In this document: one piece after another, positions 41,801 through 55,004 of the stretch | How positions within the stretch are numbered: position 1 is the first letter of the stretch | Layout of the letters: each line of letters begins with the position of its first letter | Assembly: GCF_035084215.1 (NCBI RefSeq) | Contig: NC_090370.1 | Span: 16,988,001-17,052,000, forward strand | Length of the DNA stretch: 64,000 nucleotides | Reading direction: 5' to 3' | Source of the DNA: Heptranchias perlo | Taxonomy: Eukaryota | Made by a program: the position numbers and the translations under genes | Notes under the pieces: model-generated | Database searches by the model: none | Told to the model about the DNA's origin: nothing | The model's input: only the letters and a program-made list of their open reading frames with translations

Positions 41801-44009
41801 TTACTAGAGGTGTATAAATGCCAATAACAGGGTAATTACTGGAGCTGTATCAATGGCAATAACAGGGTAATTATTGGAGGTGTATCAATGCCAATAACAG
41901 GGTAATTATTGGGGGTGTATCAATGCCAATAACAGGGTAATTACTGGCACTGTATCAATACCAATAACAGGGTAATTATTGGAGCTGTATCAATGCCAAT
42001 AACAGGGTAATTACTGGAGGTGTATCAATGCCAATAACAGGGCAATTACTGGAGCTGTATCAATGGCAATAACAGGGTAATTATTGGAGCTGTATCAATG
42101 CCAATAACAGGGTAATTACTGGACGTGTATCAATGCCAATAACAGGGTAATTACTGGAGCTGTATCAATGGCAATAACAGGGTAATTACTGGAGGTGTAT
42201 CAATGACAATCACAGGGTAATTACTGGAGGTGTATCAATGCCAATAACAGGGTAATTACTGGAGGTGTATCAATGGCAATAACTGGGTAATTATTGGATG
42301 TGTATCAATAGCAGTATCAGGGTAATTATTGGAGGTGTATCAATGTCAATATCAGGGTAATTATTGGAGGTGTGTCAATGCCAATATCAGGGTAATTATT
42401 GGAGGTGTATCAATGCCAATAACAGGGTAATTATTGAGGGTGAATCAATGCCAATAGCAGGGTAATTATTGGAGGCGTATCAATGCCAATAACAGGGTAA
42501 TTATTGAGGGTGAATCAATGCCAATAGCAGGGTAATTATTGGAGGCGTATCAATGCCAGTATCAGCGTATTTATTGGAGGTGTATCAGTGGCAATAACAG
42601 GGTAATTATCGGGAGTGTATCAATGTCAATATCAGGGTAATTATTGGGGGTGTATCAATGTCAATATCAGGGTAATTATTGGAGGTGTATCAATGCCAAT
42701 ATCAGGGGAATTATTGGGGGTGTATAAATGCCAATAACAGGGTAATTATTGGAGCTGTATCAATGCCAATATCAGGGTAATTATTGGAGGTGTATCAATG
42801 CCAATAGCAGGGTAATTATTGGAGGCGTATCAATGCCAGTATCAGCGTATTTATTGGAGGTGTATCAGTGGCAATAACAGGGTAATTATCGGGAGTGTAT
42901 CAATGTCAATATCAGGGTAATTATTGGGGGTGTATCAATGTCAATGTCAGGGTAATTATTGGAGGTGTATCAATGCCAATATCAGGGGAATTATTGGGGG
43001 TGTATCAATGTCAATATCAGGGTAATTATTGGGGGTGAATCAATGCCAATAACAGGGTAATTACTGGAGGTGTATCAATGCCAATAACAGGGTAATTATC
43101 GGGAGTGTATCAATGTCAATATCAGGGTAATTATTGGAGGTGTATCAATGCCAATAACAGGGTAATTATTGGGGGTGTATCAATGCCAATAACAGGGTAA
43201 TTATTGGAGGTGTATAAATGCCAATAACAGGGTAATTATTGGAGCTGTATCAATGCCAATATCAGGGTAATTATTGGAGGTGTATCAATGCCAATAACAG
43301 GGTAATTATTGGACGTGTATCAATGCCAGTATCAGCGAATTTATTGGAGGTGTATCAGTGGCAATAACAGGGTAATTATCGGGAGCGTATCAATGCCAGT
43401 ATCAGGGTAATTATTGGGAGTGTATCAATGGCAGCATCAGGGTAATTATTGGGAATGTATCAATGTCAATATCAGGGTAATTATTGGAGGTGTATTAAGG
43501 TCAATATCAGGGTAATTATTGGAGCTGTATCAATGCCAATAACAGGGTAATTATTGGAGGTGTATCAATGCCAATATCAGGGTAATTATTGGAGGTGTAT
43601 CAATGCCAATAACAGGGTAATTATTGGGCGTTTATCAATGTCAATATCCGGGTAATTATTGGAGGTGTACCAATGCCAATAACAGGGTAATTATTGGGGG
43701 TGTATCAATGCCAATAACAGGTTAATTATTGGAGGTGTATCAATGCCAATAACAGGGTAATTATTGGAGGTGTATCAATGCCAATAACAGGGTAATTACT
43801 GGAGGTGTATCAATGCCAAGATCAGGGTAATTATTGCAGCTGTATCAATGCCAATAACAGGGTAATTACTGGAGGTGTATCAAAGCCAATAACAGGGTAA
43901 TTACTGGAGGTGTATCAATGGCAATAACAGGGCAAATATTGGGGGTGTATCAAAGCCAATATCAGGCAAATTACTGGAGCATTGTCAATGGCAGTAGCAG
44001 AGTTATTGT

Positions 44010-45465
44010 GAGATATGATAAATATAGATAAGGAAGTAGTATTGAAAACAATTGTTGGAACGAAAAGTGCAAGCAACACCAGACCCCGGGGGCGTGCATC
44101 CTGAAATACTGCGGAAAGTCAGAGAGGGACTACCAGAGGTTCTGACCACTATCCTTGGATCTGAGACTTGTGCCAGAGGACTGGAGGTTTAAGGTTCATA
44201 AAAGAAGAGAAAAGGATAAGCCAGATAAGTATGGGCCAAACAGCCTAATATTTGTAGTGGGTCAGTTTCTAGAGGCCATGATACAGGATAAAATTAACGC
44301 TCACCTAAAAAGATATGTGATTAATTAAAGACAGCCAGCATGGATTTGTAAAAGGCGAATTTCTCGTGTCAGAGAAATTTGAGGAAGGAATGAAGGGCAT
44401 TGATAAAGGACATGTATTGGATGTTTCGTATATGGATTTTCAAAAGGCATTTGATAAGGTGCCACATTGTGGAAGCTTGTTGATCAAATTAAGAACATGC
44501 GCGTAAAACACAGAAATGTAAATCGGGCATTTTCTATCACTGGCAACCATCACTGCAACATCAGTTTTAGGCCCAGGCAGCAAGTTGAAAATCTACCCCT
44601 CTGGTATTAAAGGGAGTGAGGTAGCATGGATCAGAAATTGGTTAAAGGACAGAAAACAGAGAGTAACAATTAATGAATGTTTTACTGGACTGGAAGGATG
44701 TAAACAGTGGAGTCCACCAGGGGTCAGTGTTGGGAGCATTGTTCCTCTCATTTCCGACCTGGACTTGGGTATGCGGGGCACAATATTGAAATCTGCAGAT
44801 GACACAAAAACTGGGAGTGTGGTCAACTGTGAAGAGGGCAGTCAGTGACTTCAGGAAGATGTGGACTGGCTAGTAAATTGGGCAGATAGATGTCAGATAA
44901 AATTTAATGAGGAGAAATGTGAAGTGATACATTTTGGGAGGAAGAATAAGGAGAGAACACATATACTAAATGGTAAAACCTTACAGGGAGTACAGAGACT
45001 GAAGAGTTCAGGTACACAAATGGAATCCTAGATTTTATAAATAGGGGTATGGAGAACAAAGACAAAGAGGAAATGATGGTTAGGCCACAGAGAGAACAAT
45101 GCGTACAGTTTTGGAGACCCTAAGTTAGGAAAGATGTCAAGGCCATGGACAAGGTGCAGAATAGATGATACCAGGAATGAGAGGTTTCAGTTATTTGGGC
45201 AGACCAAATAAACTAGGGCTCTTTTCATTAGAACAGAGAAGGTTACAAAGAAGTTTGATAGAGGCAGTCAAAAGTGTGAAAGGGTTTTGATAAGGTAAAG
45301 TGGGAAAAAAACTATTTCAACTGGCAGGTGAGTTGGTAAATAGAGGGCATAAATTTAAGATAATCACCAAAACAACAAAGGGAGAGGTCATGAGAATTTC
45401 AAAGAGCTGGCAGAGGCATGATGGGCTGAATGGCCTCTTACTGTGCTGTAATTCTTTTAATGACT
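44010..45465 (+). mobile_element. Decayed CR1 LINE, RT region through the 3' tail
   Basis: YMDFQKAFDKVPH, GIKGSEVAWIRNWLKDRKQRVTIN, ADDTK and NRGHKFKI motifs; tail gatgggctgaatggcctc..ctgtgctgtaattct. Multiple stops. Confidence 0.9.
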
Positions 45466-45474
45466 CTCTGAACA

Positions 45475-45900
45475 ATGCCAATCAGGGTAATTATTGGAAC
45501 TGTATAATGCCAATTTCAGGGTAATTACTGGATAAATGTCAGTATTGGGGTAATTACTGGATAAATGTCAGTATTGGGGTAATTAATGCATCTGCATCAA
45601 TGCCAACCATCAGGTTATTTACTGGAAATGTATAATGTCCGTATCAGGGTAATTAGCGCATGTGATTAAATGCCAGTATTGGGGTAATTATTGGATCTGT
45701 ATAAATACCAGTACCAGGGCAATTATTTGAACTGTACATATACTGTACCGAGGTAATTATTGCATCTGTATTAATGCCAGTATCGGAGTAATTATTTGAT
45801 CAGTTGAAATGCCGCTACCCAGGTAATTACTGCACCTGAATAAATGCCAGTATGGGGGTAATTATTCGACCTGTATCAATGCCAGTCTCAGGATTATCTC
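45475..45900. repeat. Degenerate copies of the 35-bp satellite
   Basis: atgccaatcagggtaattattggaactgtataatgcc and about 12 diverged units. Confidence 0.9.
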
Positions 45901-46224
45901 GCTATCAGCTTTCTGGCCATGGCGCTCTTTACTGGTGGGCAAATGTTTCTGATGAGTACATAAAGCAGAAGTACAGAGAGCTTGGAGAGAGACATGCGCA
46001 GACAAGATCAGTATCCCCTTTCTGTGCCAGAGTACAAACACATACCAATGGAGAGGGGAAAATATGCATCAGTACTGGACTCCAAAATACCCTCCTGGTA
46101 AAATCACTAATATTTTTTCTCTAAAAATTAAAAAAATGTTTGATATGGTTTTCTTTGTTGAGCAATTCAAAAACAGAAATGCATCGTAAGGTATCATGAT
46201 CCCAAGTTTTATGACCAAATCATT

Positions 46225-47841
46225 TCACCTAAAGGCTTGGCCCCCTGTGGCATCTGGTGAGGCACTCATTTGATCCCTTCCCTCTGGTACATTTACCAAA
46301 GAAAACTCCGAGAAGTCTGAGCTGCCCTGTCGGACCCTTAGGTTCACCTGTCCACTGGTACTGTCGTTGAACGACGGGGTCATTTCTCCTCCAGTAGCGG
46401 AGAACCTAGAGTCTTGACCAAATGTGTCCATTTGGTGATTGTGGTGAGCTGGTGGTTCCTCTCGCTTCTTCTGTGAGTTAACTTGCTCTATGAAATCCGG
46501 CGGTGAAGAGATGCTGTTGCTGCTAGTCACAGTCGGTATGAAAGCAAAGGGATGCTGGGATTCACCAACTAATAAGCTGTACTGCGATTTTTGTGATGGT
46601 AACCTCAAAGAGGAACCCATTTCAGGTCTGAAGCCGTGCTGGGTAACCATGGTGGCAAAAACCTGTCGCTCTAGAGAAGAAAACAGAGGCTGCACCTGAA
46701 GGCTTCCAGTTAGAGCGTGAGTTTCAGTCTCGTACGCAAGTCCTTGCTCGGCCGAGTAGCTATCATTGTGGCAAGTCCTTTCCAAAGCTTGTTGGAGGAA
46801 TTTTGAATATTCGTGGAGCATGTTACAGTTGTCTGTGGCTACTGGCTGGGAACTCTCATTGACTCGCTCCGATGGAGGCACGTTAGTGATGTCAGTAGAG
46901 CTCACAGTTATATTTGAAGCTACTTGGGTATCACTGACAGAGAAGGGAACCTGCCCGTTTGCCTTGTTAGTGTAGTGGTCCAACAGAGTCTGCAGAACTT
47001 CGTCAGGAATTCCACTTTTGTCCTGACTGCTTTTCAGCTCAGTGTTACTGGGCTGCACCAACATGGATGTGCCACTGCTGTTTTCCCCAACAGTAGTGGT
47101 GGCTGCCTGGGTTACAGCCGGTTGGGTGGAGATCTGGCCTACAGTTAAGGCATACTCTCTGCTGGTGCTGGTAGTCCCTTGCAAGAATCGCTTCTTCTTT
47201 ACGAACTGCATTGCATCATCATAGTTGCTGTTGCTGCTGCTGCCCCCTGGTTTGCGTGAAGCATCTTGACCCTGATCAGCACTCTGACCCTCAATGACCA
47301 GGAGGTCGGGGTTGTCTACCATAGCGTAGGTATATTTGTTGACCTTCGTGGCATCAAAGTTGGCAGAAACGGGCACAGTCTGATTCAACTGTTCTACTGT
47401 CTTTTGATTTTTCTTTGAGCTTACCTTCTTCAGAACAAGCTTTGGTGGATGCAGGTTCATCTGATTCTGATATGCATCCCCTAGGTGATCATTACTGTGT
47501 GAAGAGTGTGCGATCACAAGTGAACACTGCTCCACTTTATACTCGTCCTTTACCTTCAAGTTGCTGGTGTAATACTCTACACAATCTCCCTTATCCACCT
47601 TAACCTCTGCTGGGTTACCAGTCTCCTCTTTATTAGAGGTCCCCAATGCCGGCTTCTCCGCAGTTTTGAGCTTTTTTCTTGGATTGATGATGTCTTTTGG
47701 GGGTGACAGGAACCTGTTTTCTGCATTGATTGCGAGTATAATTGGCTCCGTTTTCACAGCTGAGTTTTTGCCAGGAACTTTCCCTTGATTTTCATGGCAC
47801 ATTCTTCTGTGTTTAAGCAAACGATCAGTTCTAGAAAAATA
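46225..47841 (-). CDS. ZNF148: ZNF148 (ZBP-89)-like zinc-finger protein, last coding exon
   Basis: Acceptor tttccttgcag|TAT at 47842/47841, then 538 codons to TGA. Recognisable ZNF148 motifs: YFSRTDRLLKHRRMCHEN, KVKDEY, HPPKLVLKK, NYDDAMQF.KKKR.LQ, IPDEVLQTLLDHY, EYSKFLQQAL, SPDATGGQAF. Confidence 0.93.
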   Translation of the reverse strand, partial: YFSRTDRLLKHRRMCHENQGKVPGKNSAVKTEPIILAINAENRFLSPPKDIINPRKKLKTAEKPALGTSNKEETGNPAEVKVDKGDCVEYYTSNLKVKDEYKVEQCSLVIAHSSHSNDHLGDAYQNQMNLHPPKLVLKKVSSKKNQKTVEQLNQTVPVSANFDATKVNKYTYAMVDNPDLLVIEGQSADQGQDASRKPGGSSSNSNYDDAMQFVKKKRFLQGTTSTSREYALTVGQISTQPAVTQAATTTVGENSSGTSMLVQPSNTELKSSQDKSGIPDEVLQTLLDHYTNKANGQVPFSVSDTQVASNITVSSTDITNVPPSERVNESSQPVATDNCNMLHEYSKFLQQALERTCHNDSYSAEQGLAYETETHALTGSLQVQPLFSSLERQVFATMVTQHGFRPEMGSSLRLPSQKSQYSLLVGESQHPFAFIPTVTSSNSISSPPDFIEQVNSQKKREEPPAHHNHQMDTFGQDSRFSATGGEMTPSFNDSTSGQVNLRVRQGSSDFSEFSLVNVPEGRDQMSASPDATGGQAFR

Positions 47842-48153
47842 CTGCAAGGAAATGCATTAGAGAGAATTAATAAGTCATTATTATTTATTAGCTCATGATT
47901 AAAGCAACAATGGACAAGAAGGTGTGCATTTATTGTGGCCATTGGCATGCTAAGGACCGTTTTGGCATGAGGCAAAGCAAGCTAAAAACTGCCCCAGGAT
48001 GTGCTAACACCTACACAAATTCATACCCTTCAACTACTGATATTGGTTATGGACACAAGCATTTTTGAATTTATTGTCAGCTGTTTATGATTCCATTTTA
48101 TAAAAGCTGATGTGGAACAATGACAATTTCTGAGATGTAATAAGATTAGTTAT

Positions 48154-48307
48154 AGGATCGATTTTAACTGTTCCTGCCGGGTGGGAGACGGGCAGCAGTG
48201 GGTAGGATGCCTGTTTTACACCCTGTCTGATTTTCCAAAAAAAAAATCAGGCATCCTACCCACTGTCGCCCTTTTCCTGCCCGGTGGGAACAGTTACAAG
48301 CGACCCT
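48154..48307. mobile_element. MITE-like palindromic element 1
   Basis: taactgttcctgccggg...cagtgggtaggatgcctg versus caggcatcctacccactg...cccggtgggaacagtta; ~55-bp imperfect arms. Confidence 0.7.
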
Positions 48308-48498
48308 CTAGGTGTAATTTTCCGACTTTGTGCTTCCAGCAGGAAGCCTCACCTGTTGACAATACATAATCGGAAATTTGCGCATGTGTGCCGCATAATG
48401 AAATGGTCAGAAAATGATGAACCACATGCGCCCGAATTTCTGATTTGAGCTTCAGATTCAGGAGGCTCCCAAACACAAAGTTGGAAAATTACATCTAG
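48308..48498. mobile_element. MITE-like palindromic element 2
   Basis: TIRs ctaggtgtaattttccgactttgtg and cacaaagttggaaaattacatctag (23/25 match); inner gaaatttgcgcatgtg and cacatgcgcccgaatttc. Confidence 0.7.
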
Positions 48499-48539
48499 CA
48501 TGAATTTCCTCTATGGAACAAGACTGTATGTGTGTTGCC

Positions 48540-49015
48540 TTGAGGGCTCAGTTAGTATCTGGACTGCCTAATGTGTCACTGAGTCATACAGACCTGTAGA
48601 GTCCATGGCCTGATCTCCAGTCTGTGTTGAGTTAACTGATCTCAGCTGTTAGTGCAGGGCTACAACAACTTGCCTTAACCTCAGTGCCACTTGGTTGGGG
48701 GAAGGGGAAATGAGCCAGGGATCCTGCTCCTGCTTTCTGTCCAGTGACTCCTGCTGGAAAGTGCATGTGAATGTCAGATGCAGACAGCGTTGGGATCGAC
48801 AGTGATGCCATCCACATTCAAATAGTCTGTCGACGCTCACTGTCTAGGCTCACACATAAAAATAGCAAGTTGGGCAAGGGGCTTTCAGCATCTGTGGAAT
48901 CGTACACCAGAAAGGATATGGGGGCAGGGCGGGAAGAGGCTCGTGCCAAGTATAAACACCGGTATGGACCAGTTAGGTCAAATGGCCTGTTTTTTTGTTG
49001 TGCTGTAGATTCTAT
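48540..49015 (+). mobile_element. SINE family A copy ending in a CR1-like tail
   Basis: ggctcagttag head, body ccagtgactcctgctggaaagtg...cactgtctaggctcacacat, tail aatggcctgttt..tgtgctgtagattctatg. Confidence 0.7.
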
Positions 49016-50289
49016 GCAAGAGTCAGCAACTTTTAAAAGAATAAAGCTATGTGTATACAACTAATCTCATTCATTCTCCTTACTTACCCATGTTCTATTT
49101 CTCATTGTTGCACTTTAGCATTATAAAAGTTTCCCATTATGTTATTTTAGTGTAGTACGGTAGTCCAAATTAATACTGAAGAGAATTGTAAAAATATATT
49201 AACGCATAAAACATGATGTCGTCTCCTGGTAATTTCTTTTTCTATTTCGTGGAGATTACATCAATAGAGAATTCTAATTATTGCAATCAGCTTTTTCTTT
49301 CCCTCAATTTTTTCCTTTCTCTCCTGATGGAGTACAGTTCCAGGAATACCAACAGTTCTACAGTAGCTCAGCTAAGGTGCCATTACTCTCATGTGAGCCT
49401 GGAGAAGAAGTGAATGAAGACATTGCTAAGTAAACAAAGTTAGTTAACATCACCTTAGACTCAAACCTTAATGCATCACAAATATACAAGTTGTGAGTCA
49501 AATACACTTTACTGTTGCTGTACATTGGTCTCCTCCCATTTAATTGGCTGACATATTTTCAGGTAAAATATCCATTTTCAAGTCATGCAAATACAAAGTT
49601 GGGTCACATCAAGGAAATATGCTACTGGCTAGGTATGTAGCATGTGTAGCTGGTAATGCATTTTGGCAGAGTCAGAGTCTCCAAGGCTGCTCTGGAATCA
49701 TGGGCCTCTATGCAATATATAGAACCAGTCCAGGATGCACAGAGCTCTTCCTCACTGGAGGAATGCTCTCCTTATCTTAAGGCCACTCCTACATGTTGGG
49801 CCTTGATTAAAATTAGACTTTTACTAAAGAAATGTTGAGTCATGTTCATCTCAATTTTTATATACATAATATGGGGGAGTGCTTGAATTAATATTACTCT
49901 CAATAAACACTCCTTCCCTCTGATACAAATCCATGGTTTCAAACAGTTCTGAACAGCATGGTCAGGATATTCAATGCCAGCTAGGATATAACTATTGACT
50001 GAAATTCTTCAGTTTGAGTGCCATATAAAATAACTGTGCATTTAACAGTGTTCCCCAACTGCCATTTCGATCACACCCATAGGCTAAGGAAAGCCAGCAG
50101 CAACACAAACTTGAGAGACAATGTGTGGCTAAACAATGGCTGTAAAACAAAATGAATGGGGCATCACACTAGACCAGTTTGTACCTGTGGCAGTGGTAGT
50201 GCTGGAAAAGTCACTTACAATTAGCATAATCAATTTTCAGAGGTCATGCTTCACGGGATGCAAAGACCATTGTCACTAATGATGACTGA

Positions 50290-52850
50290 CATGTAATACA
50301 ATCCTGCAGGCACAATTCACACTTCTCCTGTAATACAGTAACTGCAGGCAGTGTTTATACTACTCCTGTAATAAAGTACTATAGGCAGTATCCACCTTGC
50401 TGGTGTAATACAGGACATATAGGCACTGTCACATTGCAGCTGTAATATAGTACCTTTAGGCAGTATTTGCAATGCTCCTGTGATACAATACCTGTAGGCA
50501 ATATTCACACTGCCCCTGAAATCAATTATTGCAAGTATTGCAGGGACTATTAAGACTAGTGCTGTAATACAGGACCCATAGGCAGTAGACACACTGCTCC
50601 TGTAATATAGTACTAAAGGCATTATTCATATTGGTGACACAACACCCGTAGCCAATATTCACATTGTGCTTGCAATACAAGCCTAAGTAGATCTGTAGGC
50701 AGTATTCACATTACTCCTGTAATGAAGGACCTATATGCATTATTTCCATTACTCCTGTAATACAGTGCCTTTAGGCAGTGTTTGTATTGCTGCTGTAATA
50801 CAGTGCCTTTAGGCAATATTTGCATTGCTCTTGAAATACAATACCATTAGACAATATTTGCATTGCTCCTGTAATATAGTACCATTAGGCAGTGTTTGCA
50901 TTGCTTTTGTATTACAGTACCTTAGCAATATTTGCATTGCTTCTGTAATACAGTACCTTTAGTCAGTATTTGCATTGCTCCTGTATTACAGTACCTTTAG
51001 CAATATTTGCATTGCTCCTGTAATACAGTACCTTTAGGCAATATTTGCATTGCTTCTGTAATACAGTACCTTTAGGCAATATTTGCATTGCTTCTGTAAT
51101 ACAGTACCTTTAGGCAATATTTGCATTGCTCCTGTAATACAGTACCTTTAGGCAATATTTGCATTGCTTCTGTAATACAGTACCTTTAGGCAATATTTGC
51201 ATTGCTCCTGTAATACAGTACCTTTAGGCAATATTTGCATTGCTTCTGTAATACAGTACCTTTAGGCAATATTTGCATTGCTCCTGTAATACAGTACCTT
51301 CAGGCTGTGTTTGCATTGCTCCTGTAATACAGTAACTTTAGGCAGTATTTGCATTGCTTTTGTAATATAATACCTTTAAGCAATATTTGCACTGCTCCTA
51401 TAATATAGTATCTGTAGGAAGTCTTCACGTTGCTCCTACAATATAGTACCTGTAGGCAGTATTTGCATTGTGGCTATAATACATTACCTGTAGGTAATAT
51501 TCACATTACTCCTATAATACAGTATTAGCAGAGATTACTAAGACCGCTCCTGTAATATAACAACTGTAGGCAATATTCACACCACTCCTGCAATATAGGA
51601 TCTGTAGGCAATGTTCACACGGCTCCTGTAATACACTATCTGCAAGGATTATTCAGACTGCTGCTGTAATAGAGTACCTGAAGACAGTAGACACATTGCT
51701 CCTGTAACACAGTACCTTTAAGTAATATTTGCATTGCTCCCATAATATAGTACCTTTAGGCAGTATTTGCATTGCTCCTGTAATACAGGACCTGTAGGTA
51801 ATATGCGACTTGCTCCTGTAATACAGGACCATTAAGCAGCATTCACATTTCTCCTGTAGTACAGTTTATGTAGGCAGTTTTCACATTACTCCTCCAATAC
51901 AGTAATAAAGGTGGTATGCACATTGCTGGTACAATACAATGCATTTAGGCAGGAATCACATTGTGCCTGCAATACAGGACCTGTAGGCAATATTTGCATT
52001 GCTGCTACAATACAGGACCTGTACCCACTTTTCGCATCGCTGCTGTAATCCAGTAGTGCAGCCACTATTTGTAGTGCACTTGTAATACAATACCTGTAGG
52101 CATTATTCAAATTACTTCTGCAATACAGGACTCTAGGCAGTATTCACATTGCTCCTGTAATACAGTACTTAAGGCAGTATTCAGGTTGCTCCTGCAATAT
52201 AGTACCTGTAGGCAATATTCGCATTGCGCCTGTAATACAGCACCTATAGGCACTGTTTGCATTGCTCTTGTAATACGGTACCTGTTGGCAGTATTCAAAA
52301 TGCATGTAATAGAATACTTTTGGGTAGTATTCACATTGTTCCTGTAATGCAATACCTGTAGGCAGTATTTGTATTGCTCCTGTAATGCAGTATCTGTGGG
52401 CAGTATTCAAATTGCGCATGTAATACAATAATTTTAAGAAGTATTCACATTGTTCCTGTAATGCAGTTTGCGCAGGCAGTTTTCATCTTGCTCTTATAAT
52501 ACAGTGCCATTAGGCAGTATTCAGAGCTCCTGTTGTATAGTACTCTAGGCTGTATTCACACTGCTCCTGTAATACAGTATTCACATTGGTGTAATACAGT
52601 ACCTTTAGGCAGTATTCATGTTGCACTATAACCTAGTAGCTTTAGACAGTACTCACATCGCGCCTTTAAAACATTGCTTGTAAGCAGGATTGACGTTGCT
52701 CCTGTAATACAATATGTTTAGACAGCATTCACACTACTCCTCTACCTAGAGGCAGTATTTGCATTACTGCTGTAATACAGCATGCTGGCAGTATTCACAT
52801 TGCTCCTGTAATACAACAGATAGCAGCAGTACTTACATTGTAGCTGCAAT
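50290..52850 (-). repeat. 38-bp intronic minisatellite, older diverged domain (homogeneous core ~50940-51340)
   Basis: Minus-strand consensus caatgtgaatactgcctacaggtactgtattacaggag; ~65 units. Confidence 0.95.
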
Positions 52851-52859
52851 TAAGGCAGA

Positions 52860-53292
52860 ACCTCCATTTATATAGTGCCTTATCACGTCCTCAGGACATC
52901 CCAAGCGCTTCACATTCCATGAATTACTATTGAAGTGCAATAACTGTTATGTTGATAAATATGACAGCAAGATTGCACAAACAGCATGTGAGTTAACTGG
53001 CCAGTTAATCTGCTTTAGATGGGGCTGGTTGAGGGAGGAATGTTTACCAGGACACCAGGAGAGCTTCCATGCCCTTCATCGAATAGAGCCATTGGATCTT
53101 TTATGTTCACCTGAGAGGGCAGATAGGGCCTTCATTTAACATCTCATCAGAAAAACGGCACCTCTGATAATGCAGCACGTCCTCAGTACCACAATGTAGT
53201 GCCAGCCTAGCTTATGAGTTTAAGTCAAAAAATGCAGCTTAAACTCATAACCTTCTGACGCAGGTGAGAGCGCTACCAACTGAGCCAAGCTC
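52860..53292 (-). mobile_element. DeuSINE (SacSINE1/AmnSINE1-like): tRNA head, Deu domain, L2-like tail
   Basis: Minus strand: tggctcagttggtagc head; tactgaggacgtgctgcattatcagaggtgccgtttttctgatgagatgttaaa..ggccctatctgccctctcaggtgaacataaaagatcc matches the recalled Deu domain; ends gcactatataaa. Confidence 0.8.
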
Positions 53293-53304
53293 TCACTAAT
53301 ATGG

Positions 53305-54460
<1,156 letters not shown>

Positions 54461-54559
54461 TTACTTCTCTTGAATTGGGGTGTTTTAATCCATGTAAATG
54501 GCTGGGAAAGCAGCCCAATTCTGAAGCAGATAAAATAGTCATGCTCTCCCTCCCAATTT

Positions 54560-54955
54560 TCCCTGCTCCTTTCTGGACATGCAAACTCTTGCTGGGGTAC
54601 AGTCGCAAAGGCAGTGGGTGCCTTTCAATACTTTGCTGGAGCAGCAATTCTTCATGAATGAGCCTGGACTGTGACTGCTGGCAAAATATTCAATCGTGTG
54701 GGCCATTGCAGCAGAGCCCAATCCAGTCCAGACCTGAAGCCCACATACATGCACTTTCCAGCAGATCATGGGCAGGAACCCTGGCTGATTTTTCCAATTG
54801 CTAACCCAGGGGCACTGAAGCCAATTGTAGCTCTTAAATGCTGCGCTGGCTGAGGTCAGCTAATTGAGCACAGACCAAGGATCAAACCTGGGGCCCTTCT
54901 TAGTCTGTATAGCTCAATCACATACTGATTTTACAGAATATGCCCATCGGGAGCT
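54560..54955 (-). mobile_element. SINE family A copy
   Basis: cactttccagcag...gggcactgaagccaattgtagc...tcagctaattgagcacagaccaaggatcaaacctggg (B box on the minus strand). Confidence 0.7.
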
Positions 54956-55004
54956 CACAAAATAGACATTAAAGAATCTTTGGAAAAGCATCAAAACTCT
55001 AGAT

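Larger units (their letters stand above)
12080..44005. repeat. 35-bp satellite array, ~32 kb (~900 units), with subfamily domains and higher-order repeats
   Basis: Core gggtaattattggagctgtatcaatg plus a variable tail: gcagtgttg (~12-19 kb), gcaatgatg (~19-26.7 kb, interleaved), ccaatatca/ccaagatca (~26.8-37 kb), ccaataaca (~37-44 kb). Confidence 0.99.

Noticed and set aside
12080-44005. CRISPR-like periodicity of 35-bp units
   Set aside because: Units are head-to-tail with no unique spacers, there are no cas genes, and the context is vertebrate.
53225-53292. tRNA-like A/B boxes here and at ~11150-11235
   Set aside because: These are SINE heads with no complete cloverleaf.
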